From contig NC_058368.1 in assembly GCF_018350175.1 (NCBI RefSeq), forward strand, positions 239,074,001 to 239,138,000: 64,000 bases of DNA, written 5' to 3'. Below, piece after piece: positions 50,420 to 60,958 of the stretch. The notes below the pieces were generated by a model, which searched no databases, was not told the origin of the DNA, and was given only the letters and a program-made list of their open reading frames with translations. The stretch is from Felis catus. Lineage: Eukaryota. Each line of letters starts with the position of its first letter. Position 1 is the first letter of the stretch. A program made the position numbers and the translations under genes.

Positions 50420-51070
50420 TAGGATGGTCAGGGGTTCCAGGTGGATGGTCAGGGTTCATGGTGGATAGTCAGAGACTCATGGTGGATGGTCAGGATTTAT
50501 GGTAGACAGTCAGGGGTTCATGGTGGATGGTCAGGGGTTCATGGTGGATGGTCAGAGGTTCATGGTGGACGGTCAGGGGTTCATGGTGGACGGTCAGGGG
50601 TTCATGGTGCATGGTCAGAGGTTCATGGTGGACAGTCAGGGGTTCATGGTGGATGGTCAGGGGTTCATGGTGGACGGTCAGAGGTTCATGGTGGATGGTC
50701 AGAGGTTCATGGTGGATAGTCAGGGGTTCATGGTGGATGGTCAGGATTTATGGTGGACAGTCAGGGGTTCATGGTGGACGGTCAGGGGTTCATGGTGCAT
50801 GGTCAGAGGTTCATGGTGGATGGTCAGAAGTTCATGGTGGATAGTCAGGGGTTCACGGTGGATGGTCAGGATTTATGGTGATTTATGGTGGATGGTCAGG
50901 GGTTCATGGTGGATGGTTGGGGGTTCAGGGTGGTCAGTCAGGACTTCATGAGAGACAGTTGGAGATTTATGGTAGACAGTTGAGCGTCCATGGTAGATGG
51001 CCAGGGGTTCATGGTGGACAGTTGGGGATTCATGGTGGAAAGTCAGAGAACAAATGGTGGATGGTCACAG
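50420..51070. repeat. 21-bp minisatellite GGTCAGGGGTTCATGGTGGAT, about 30 copies
   Basis: Directly visible; degenerates at both ends. Confidence 0.95.
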
Positions 51071-52759
51071 GCTAATAGATGGTGGGGGGGATGGTTCACA
51101 GTGGAGAATCCTGATGACCTAAAAGCCACAAAAAGGCCAGGCCCACTCAAGTCCCAGACACCCAACCCATCCTCAGAGATGGGACCAGGATCCATGCACT
51201 GACCCCGCAGGAAGGCCACTGGATGGGCAGAAGGCACAACCTCACGGGCCAGGGCAGGACAAGGTTGAGAAGTGACACAAGCTTGTGGGCAGGGTCCTCA
51301 GGTCAGCCTGGGACACCCCATGCATATCGTCAGGCTGGCAGTGGGGCACGGGCCCATAGACAGTAAGGAAGGTAAGGTGGAGGGCTGTACTAGAGGGGCA
51401 GGGAGCCAAGCTTGCCCTCCTGGCGTGAGGCCTCTGCTTTCCGTGCTTATTCGTGTCTGGTGAGCCCCTGAAAGAAACTGAAAGGGGCTTCAGAAGACTG
51501 GGTTCAGCAGCCACAACAGAAGACAATCAAAGGCAGATTCCTTGGAGGAGAAAGACCAAAGGAACACCCAGGAGGCATAGCCGCCGGTGCTGCAGACTGC
51601 TCCGCAGGGAGACAGAAACAGGCGAGGCTCTCTCGAGGGCCGGGCAGCCCGCACTCCGTCACCTGCCATGGGCCTCCAGAACCACAGCAGCTCCTGCCCC
51701 GGTAACCCCACTTACACCCTTCAACAGTCAGAGACAGACTCGCCCCTCTTAAGCCTGTCAGCTTGAGGGAGCCGGGCCTGAGCAGGTGGGAGGTGGCCAA
51801 GGAGTCAGGCCCCAATCCCAGGGTCCCTCTGTCTGTGTCCCAGTCCTTCTTGGTGGGCCGGGGCTGGGACCCCCAGCTACTGTGCTCTCCCCCCATGCCT
51901 GAAGGCCCTGTCCTGTCCTCCCAGCCAATTCCTACCGTGCCCCTCTTTCTGCACCAGGCAACCCCAAGTCCTGGCCATGAGTTTGCTGGGGTTTTGTGCC
52001 TGCTCTTCCCAGCCTGTGTGTCTGGGGACTAGTCTCTAGGCCAGCAGAGTAGAAGAGCCACGGAGGGAGATAGGCTCCCGTGTCTCTTGAGGTCCGATGT
52101 GGGGGACAGTGAGTTTCTAGGTCTTTCTTTAGAAGAGCCACGACCTGGAGGTGGGAAGTCCCTGTGCCATGCCAGCACTCCCTGTAGCTCCTGCCAGGCC
52201 CCCAGACGGTACCCCGCATGAGTCACCATCCCGAGGCCCCAGGAGTGCCCGGGAACTGCTGGGACCCCTCCCCTGAGGACATGCTGCAGCCCGCAGTTCC
52301 GTACCCTAAACACAACCCCTTTCATCCACATCCCCACATGCAGTTGGTTCAATAAAACATGGACACAGAGCTTCCTGACTCCTCCTCCCCAAAATCAGGC
52401 CCAGGAGGAGAAAAGGAGGAGCCCCAGAAAGGCCATCTGGGGCTGGGATGAGGAGGTGAGGAGGCGACTGGGGCTGCAGCCCGGGCAGGGGCTTGGGGGC
52501 AGTCAGAGAAAGGCGGAAGGAAGAGATCTTGTTCTGCTGTGGTCCCTCCCCGCACTGCCCAGGGACCGCCTCCCTGGTGGGGCAGGCAGGGGTGAGAGGG
52601 AGAGGGCCAGCTGGAGGAAGCAGCCCAGGTGGGGGCTCCCTCCCAAGGGGGGCCGGCATCCCCTCCCCTCCTTGGGCCTTGCCTGCCCCAGCACACAGAT
52701 CCCCGGCAGAGCAGGGACAAGGCATGCAGGGCAACACAGGGGGCTCAGGATAGAGAGGA

Positions 52760-53158
52760 GCGTGAATTTAAAAAGTACATTTCGGGAAATAAGAAAAGAC
52801 ATAAGCAGAATAAAACAAGAAGCATTACAAACAAATCAAATGGAAATAGTAGGCATGAAACTGGAACCAGAGAAATAAACCAGTCCGGGATCTGGTGTGA
52901 TGGACAGCACCCAGCAGTCGGCCGGGAGGAGCCCCCTCTCCTGAAGGGCAGCGGGCGGGAGGGGGGCGGGGGCGGTGGAGACCAAACAGAACGTGGAAGA
53001 GAAACCAGCAGATGGGAGGGCGGCTGTGGAAGTACCAACATCTGGATAAGAGCAGCTCTAGAAGATGAAAGCAATAGGGGAGAAGAGCTTTATCCGACGT
53101 GAAGACAGAAATAAAATGTCCAGACTGAGGACCACAGACCTCAGATGGAAGGAGCCAG
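52760..53158 (+). mobile_element. Old L1/HAL1 ORF1-like remnant, apparently resuming after the minisatellite
   Basis: aaatcaaatggaaat...gaaataaa and cctcagatggaaggagcc resemble decayed L1M/HAL1 ORF1. Confidence 0.45.
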
Positions 53159-56070
53159 CACAGCCAGACCCACAGTGGCGCAGGGACATGTCACAGCACG
53201 ACCCACAGTGGACACAGGGTCACGTCACAGCCAGACCCACAGTGGATGCAGGGACATGTCACAGCCAGACCCACAGTGGATGCAGGGACATGTCACAGCA
53301 CAACCCACAGTGGACACAGGGACATGTCACAGCCAGGCCCACAGTGGACGCAGGGACATGTCACAGCCAGACCCACAGTGGACTCAGGGACATGTCACAG
53401 CCAGGCCCACAGGGGACGCAGGGACATGTCACAGCCAGACCCACAGTGGACTCAGGGACATGTCACAGTGAGTCCCACAGTAGACACAGGGACATGTCAC
53501 AGCACAACCCACAGTGGGCGCAGGGATATGTCACAGTGAGGCCCACAGTAGACACAGGGACATGTCACAGCACAACCCACAGTGGGCGCAGGGATATGTC
53601 ACAGCCAGACCCACAGTGGACGCAGGGACATGTCACAGCGAGGCCCACAGTGGACGCAGGGACATGTCACAGCCAGACCCACAGTGGACTCAGGGACATG
53701 TCACAGCCAGACCCACAATGGACACAGGGTCATGTCACAGCACCACCCACAGTGGACACAGGGTCATGTCACAGCACGACCCACAGTGGACGCAGGGACA
53801 TGTCACAGCCAGGCCCACAGTGGATGCACGGACATGTCACAGCCACACCCACAGTGGATGCAGGGTCACGTCACAGCCAGACCCACAGTGGACGCAGGGT
53901 CATGTCACAGCACAACCCACAGTAGACACAGGGACATGTCACAGTACAACCCACAGTGGACACAGGGTCATGTCACAGCCAGACCCACAGTGGGCGCAGG
54001 GTCACATCACAGCCAGACCCACAGTGGATGCAGGGACATGTCACAGCCAGACCCACAGTGGACGCAGGGACATGTCACAGCATGACCCACAGTGGATGCA
54101 GGGACACATCACAGCCAGACCCACAGTGGATGCAGGGTCACGTCATAGCCAGATCCACAGTGGACGCAGGGTCACGTCACAGCCAGACCCACAGTGGACG
54201 CAGGGACATGTCACAGCCAGACCCACAGTGGACGCAGGGACACGTCACAGCCAGACCCACAGTGGATGCAGGGTCACGTCACAGCCAGACCCACAGTGGA
54301 TGCAGGGTCACGTCACAGCCAGACCCACAGTGGACGCAGGGACATGTCACAGCCAGGCCCACAGTGGGCGCAGGGTCACATCACAGCCAGGCCCACAGTG
54401 GGCGCAGGGACATGTCACAGCACAACCCACAGTGGACGCAAGGATATGTCACAGCGAGGCCCACAGTAGACACAGGGTCATGTCACAGTCAGGCCCATAG
54501 TGGATGCAGGGACATGTCACAGCCAGACCCACAGTAGACGCAGGGACATGTCACAGTGAGGCCCACAGTAGACATAGGGACATGTCACAGCCAGGCCCAC
54601 AGTGGACGCAGGGACACGTCACAGCCAGACCCACAGTGGCCCAGGGACATGTCACAGCGAGGCCCACAGTGGACGCAGGGACATGTCATAGCTGGACCCA
54701 TAGTGGACGCAGGGACATGTCACAGCCAGGCCCACAGTGGACGCAGGGTCACATCACAGCCAGACCCGCAGTGGATGCAGGGACATGTCACAGTCTGGCC
54801 CACAGTGGACGCAGGGACATGTCACAGCTGGACCCATAGTGGACGCAGGGACATGTCACAGCCAGGCCCACAGTGGACACAGGGTCACGTCACAGCCAGA
54901 CCCGCAGTGGATGCAGGGACATGTCACAGTCTGGCCCACAGTGGACGCAGGGACATGTCACAGCTGGACCCATAGTGGACGCAGGGACATGTCACAGCCA
55001 GGCCCACAGTGGACACAGGGTCACGTCACAGCCAGACCCGCAGTGGATGCAGGGACATGTCACAGCCGGACCCACAGTGGACGCAGGGACATGTCACAGC
55101 ATGACCCACAGTGGGCGCAGGGACATGTCACAGCCAGACCCACAGTGGATGCAGGGTCATGTCACAGCCAGACCCACAGTGGACGCAGGGTCATGTCACA
55201 GCCAGACCCACAGTGGACGCAGGGACATGTCACAGCGAGGCCCACAGTGGACGCAGGGACACGTCACAGCCAGGCCCACAGTGGACGCAGGGTCACGTCA
55301 CAGCCAGACCCGCAGTGGATGCAGGGACATGTCACAGCGAGGCCCACAGTGGACGCAGGGACATGTCACAGCGAGGCCCACAGTAGACGCAGGGACATGT
55401 CACAGCCAGGCCCATAGTGGATGCAGGGACATGTCACAGCCAGGCCCACAGTGGATGCAGGAACACGTCACAGCCAGACCCACAGTGGACGCAGGGACAT
55501 GTCACAGCGAGGCCCACAGTGGACGCAGGGACATGTCACAGCCAGGCCCACAGTGGACGCAGGGTCACGTCACAGCCAGACCCGCAGTGGATGCAGGGAC
55601 ATGTCACAGCCGGACCCACAGTGGACGTAGGGACATGTCACAGCATGACCCACAGTGGGCGCAGGGACATGTCACAGCCAGACCCACAGTGGACGCAGGG
55701 ACATGTCACAGCCAGACCCACAGTGGACGCAGGGTCATGTCACAGCCAGACCCACAGTGGACGCAGGGTCATGTCACAGCCAGACCCACAGTGGACGCAG
55801 GGTCATGTCACAGCCAGACCCACAGTGGACGCAGGGACATGTCACAGCGAGGCCCACAGTGGACGCAGGGACACGTCACAGCCAGGCCCACAGTGGACGC
55901 AGGGACATGTCATAGCCAGACCCACAGTGGACGCAGGGACATGTCACAGCGAGGCCCACAGTGGATGCAGGAACACGTCACAGCCAGACCCACAGTGGAC
56001 GCAGGGACATGTCACAGCGAGGCCCACAGTGGACGCAGGGACATGTCATAGCCAGACCCACAGTGGACGC
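53159..56070. repeat. 34-bp minisatellite CACAGCCAGACCCACAGTGGACGCAGGGACATGT, about 85 copies (2.9 kb)
   Basis: Directly visible head-to-tail array with variant units. Confidence 0.98.
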
Positions 56071-58682
56071 ACTGCAGGGGAAGCACTCCAGAGAGAAACA
56101 CACCCAGGCCACAAGGATCAAAGAACACGACCCGTGCCGGGCAGGATTCAACTTCAAGACAAGAGTTGACGTGCAGTGTCCAGGAGACCAGAGGCCTGAG
56201 AGCATGCCGTGAGCCCAAGAATCAGAGAAAACCAACTTGAACAGGTCTTTTCTAAGGGCAATCCCCGTAAAGACAGGGCAGAATGTGTAACTTTTAAACT
56301 AGCACAAGAAAGCTCATGGAAGCCTGGAGAGAAAGGGAGGAGGGAGCCACAGCCCTGAGTGTGAAAGACAAAATATGACGTCACAAAGCAGCCCCAAATA
56401 AGGGTGATTGCAGTACCCAGAGGCTAAACGCACCCGCGACAGGACACAGTGTGGGGAAAGGACCCCCACACACGTCTGCAGGAGGCACGTTTAAAACGAG
56501 ACCAGAGGGTGGTGAAGATCCGCCCGGCAGCAAGGATCCACAAGGAAGCCAGGAGCAGGTTTATTTCTGATGCAACAGAATTTGGTGGGACGAAGGACAG
56601 AAGTCGAGTGGGCAAGATTTAAGAGCCTGTGTCAGAACCGGCCCGCCAGGCCCACCCCAGAGCAGCCGCTCCGAGCCCTGCTGTCCTTGCGTGGCCGTGT
56701 CCCAACTGTGCATAAACCCATGAGCTGAGCCAGGCGGCTGTGCGCCCCCCACACTGACTCATGTACCCAGCTCTGTCTCGTGCAGAGGCCTTTCCGTCCG
56801 GTCTCCTCTCTTCCCCTGCTGATGGTGGGGCCTTGGGCTCCAGGCTCCACGCCTGTGTTTCCACACTGCCCTGGTTCCAGTAGGAGACCCTCCTCCTGAG
56901 AAGCTACTCTCCAGGCCCAGCCCGTCTGAGGCTGCTCTTCTCCGCCTCACCCTCCGAACCCGGCAGGTGGCAGGCCTGTGGGGCCTAGCAGGACATCACC
57001 CTGCTCCTGCCTCTGCACACGCTTCCGCAAGGCCTTCCAGCTCCAGCGCTCCTGGTGAGGCCTGGACTCCTGAGGCTCACTGCTTTTCTTGGTACCTGCT
57101 CCTTTTCTCTGGGAGCATTTGGGGTTTTCTTGTGCTGGGGCGTGGAATCTCAGAAAGGCGGAACACGCTGGTCCTTTCCACCCACCGTGCTGGCCACGCA
57201 GGGGGACCTTCAGGCCGGAAACCCAGCCCGTGGTTCTGGGAAACCCTCCTTGACGGCTTCCTCCCCCGATCTTTCTGGAACTGGAGCCTATGGGGCCCTC
57301 GGGGACGATATTCTCCACCTAGTTTCCTCTCCCTCTTGGAGAAACTGAAGTGACCCTTCAGCGTCAACTCTCCCTCTTCGTACAGCTCCTACGTTTGCTC
57401 TCATACTTGTAATTCTTGAGCTCTTTCCCAAACTTCAGAATATTCCCTTTGTTGGCACCTGTTTCCATCTCACGGACACTGTGTCTTTGCTCTTCTCCCC
57501 AAGGAGCCCGACATCAGCTGGTTTATTTCCCTGGGTCACCCGAGCTGCCTCTCCTGCTGAATCCTGAGCGAGCCTCTTGTCTCAAGGGTCTGTGGCCCTC
57601 ATGTGCTGGAGTTTACAAGCCGGTGTGGGACAGCCACCAGGACGTCCACACACACGACAGAGTCCTGGTGGGGAAGCCCCGACATCGGCGTCTTCGGGTC
57701 CTTCCTCTAGGCTGTTGGGCTCCACAGAGGGGCTGCGCCAGGGTCAGTGCCCCGTGTGCAGCCCCACCACCCATCTCGCCACACTTGGAGACCCCGACCC
57801 TCTTGTGCAGCGTGGGAAGGCTGTAGGCCACGTGCGCGCACTGAGTCTCTTTGACCGGAGGGGCCGGCGTGCTGGTTGTGTCCTGCCTTTAACTGTAGAA
57901 TCCTCTTGAGGACAGGGGTCCAGGGTCCAGCGCCTGGTCACCACTGTGCACACGACTTCCACAGCTATCTCTCTCATTCAGTTGTCAAGGGCTTTGCAAA
58001 ATTACGAAGGAGGTACTGCCTCCCTGGTACACAGCTTTTCCTTTTAAATTCACCCAGTTAGGCCCATTTGCAGTCGATTCCCATTTCTCCCCCAAGCAGC
58101 CGCTCACGCTGCCTCTCAGCCTACACTGCCTTCTGGCTGTCCTGTGTCCCCACACCTAGGCTTCACCAGGACCCGTGCGCACATAGCCTCTGACCTCACA
58201 TAAGGGCTGGTTTCCCGGAGAGGCCCCTCGGTGCACTGTGAGGCTGGGTGCACGCCCGGCTGTGGTTCGGCCCGGCCAGCCTTCCCTTTGACGCGTCAGA
58301 TGCTTGGGGTCCTCTGCCCCTTGGTTTCTGTGTGAAACGCTTGGAGGAAACCCTCTGCGATGCTGGTTTTGCCCGTGAGAACCAGTGTCCTTCAGGCACC
58401 CAGCCCCACGGGCCATGGCACGCTCCTGCCACGTTCCTGTTTTGGTCTGGCCGGTGGGAACGGAAGGCCTCGGTGACTGTGTCCCTGAGCCTGACGCACA
58501 CCGCTCTGTCTAGCCATCCCCAAAGGCTCTGAGGCCTGAAACTAAAGTCCTGAAAGTGCTCTGCAGGTGACAGCAAGACAGGCCTCTGGCTCTGACACCA
58601 GCCCCTCACCTGCCAGGGCCACAGGACCACCTGGATAGGACCCTGGCTCAGACGGAGTCCCTCAAGGGGATGCAGTGGGGGC

Positions 58683-58810
58683 CAGTCCCGGCTCTGTCCT
58701 TGCTAGTGTTGGGACACTGGGCAGCTTACAGAACTACTCCGTTTCCCCATCTGTAAAGGGAGGCAATGACAGCATCTGTCTCGTATGCCTGTCGAGGATC
58801 AAGTAAGTCC
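58683..58810 (+). mobile_element. MIR
   Basis: cccggctctgtcc...tgggcagcttac...gtttccccatctgtaaaggg...gaggatcaa. Confidence 0.7.
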
Positions 58811-58945
58811 TCAGGGCTCCAAGCGGCCCTGGCGTGTTGGAGCTGAGCCCTGGCTCAGGGCTGGGGTCTCGGAGTCAGGAGAGGCCTGAGTTTCTGTCCC
58901 AATCTGTGCTCTCACCTGAAGCACGTCCCCTGCAAAATGGACGGT

Positions 58946-59290
58946 TGTACGGGCTGAATAGCGGCTCCCAAAGACACGGGCACACAGGGACTGCAAAGCA
59001 ACCTCATTTGGAAATGGAATCTTCGCAGTTCTAATAAATTAAGGTGAGGTCACTCTGGGTTAGGGTGGCCCCAAATCCAATATGACTGGTGTCCTTATAA
59101 GAGGGACACAGAGACACAGGGAAGACTGACTGTCAGCAGAGGCATGGGACACACTCTCCCCTAGAGCATCTGAAAGAACTCGCCCACCACACCTTGCTTT
59201 CAGCCCAATGACACTGATTTCGGACTCCCAGCCTCCACAACTATGAAGAGTACATTTCTGTTGTCTGAGCCGCATTCAGTCATGAACTTG
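58946..59290 (+). mobile_element. MLT1 (MaLR) LTR, MLT1B/C-like
   Basis: gggctgaata...tttggaaatgg...agggtggccccaaatccaatatgactggtgtccttataag...cagcctccacaact...atttctgttgt. Confidence 0.8.
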
Positions 59291-60101
59291 AACTGCCATC
59301 ACCACCACACACTGCTTGGGCCACTGTTGTCCTCAGGAGCTGGAGGAGAGGTGCCCCAGCCCCACGTGGAGGCCAGTGCCCCAGCCCGGTGCCCTCTGGG
59401 AGGACAGACCTCACTCCTCAGACCAACAAGCCCAAAAGGCAGGTGAGCATGCCTGTGTGCATGCAAGTGCCCGAGGGAAATCTGCCACCGGGGAGGAACA
59501 GGGGCCTGGTCCTCGGTACCCCATTTTCTCTCCCTTCTCTGCCCTGACCATGTGCTCATGCATAGAATCACCACCGGACAGTGGCAGCTAAGCTCTAAGA
59601 GAAACACAGGAGTTCTAGTCAGAGGACCAGGAAGAGGGTCCCAGGAGGAAGCAGGTGTGGAGGAAATCCTGCAGAGGAGACGGCGGGGAAGGGACCCGGG
59701 CTCACCTCTGTGTGTGAGCTGACGCAGTCCCGGCTCAGTCCAAGGGGTACGTGTGTGGAGCACGTCCGGAGAGGCAGACCAGCAGAGCCTGCGCAGAGAG
59801 CCAAGCTGGCATGGGCAGCGTGCTTTCAAGGAGCGGGCCTGCTGGCCAAACCTGCCCCCTGCACGGCCGCTGCCAACACAGGACCGAAGACAAGCACCAC
59901 CTTGAGGCTGTGACACCCAAGGCTCCCAACACATGTGGAATGTCCAGGGCTCAATCTGAATTAGTTCCTTTTGCTGCTGCAGCAAATTATTACAGACCTA
60001 GTGGCTGAAAACCACACACTTTAAATATATCAATATAAACTAGTTAAAAGTGAAAGGAGGGAACAAGATATGCCAGGCAAACATTAATCAAAAGAAGGAT
60101 T

Positions 60102-60288
60102 GGGGCGCCTGGGTGGCTCAGTCAGTTAAGTGTCTGGCTCTTGATTTCGACTCGGGTCATGATCTTACAGTTCGTGAGTTCAAGCCCTGTGTTGGGCTCT
60201 GTGCTGATAGCGTGGAGCCTGCTTGGGAGCCTCCCCCTCCCTCTCTCTCTGCCCTTCTCCATGCTCATGTGTGCAAGTGCGTGTGTGT

Positions 60289-60331
<43 letters not shown>

Positions 60332-60362
60332 ATAAGTAAATAAATAAACTTTAAAGAAAAAA
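60102..60362 (+). mobile_element. CAN-SINE inserted in an old L1, with (CT)n tract
   Basis: Typical head; TSD aaaagaagg. Confidence 0.92.
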
Positions 60363-60714
60363 GAAGGCTGAGGTGGCTATATTAGTATCAAACAAAGTAG
60401 ACTTCAGAGCAAGGAAAATCAGGAATAAAGAGGCATGTTATATAATGGTAATGATAGAAGGGTCAATTCATAAAAAAACGTAATGATCCTAAATGTGTAT
60501 GCACCCCTCAACAGAACTCCCAAACACATAGAGCAAAAACTGATAGAACTGAAAGGAGAAACACAAAAGTCCACAGTTAAATTAGAAGATGCTAACACTG
60601 TCTCTCAGGTTGAGACCGGACAGAAAATCAATGTGGATATAAAAGACTTAAACACTGTCAACCAAGCTGATGTAACTGATGCTTGTAGAACACCTCACCC
60701 AGTGACAGCAGTCA

Positions 60715-60958
60715 AGTGTGGGCCCACTTCCTGGTTCATGGATGGCTTTTTGCTATAACTGCACAGGGCAGAAGGCACAAGGGTGCTCTCTCGGGCCCCT
60801 TTTATAAGGCATAAATCCCATGCATGAGGCTCCACCCTCATGACCTAAGCACCTCCCAAAGGCTCTGACCCCTAACACCTTCACATCGGGTTTCCGGTCT
60901 AATATGAATTTGAATTATATTAATTGGGGGGAGGATATAAATATTCAGTCCAGAGCAA
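60715..60958 (-). mobile_element. MLT1A-like LTR fragment inside L1
   Basis: cttcctggttcat...ttttataaggc..aatccc...ccaccctcatgacctaa.cacctcccaaagg...attcagtccagagca. Confidence 0.8.

Noticed and set aside
50441..51202. ORFs with MVDGQGF / SWWMVRG heptad repeats
   Set aside because: Translation of the 21-bp VNTR; no coding evidence.
53159..56070. CRISPR-like appearance of a 34-bp repeat
   Set aside because: Units are head-to-tail with no unique spacers, there are no cas genes, and the context is a mammalian intron.
53065..56212. Long ORFs (up to 392 aa) with repeating QGHVTARPTVDAGTCHSQTHSGRRDMSQPDPQW
   Set aside because: The 34-bp unit is nearly stop-free on +, so all three frames give the same cyclic peptide. 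There is no promoter, splice or domain evidence.
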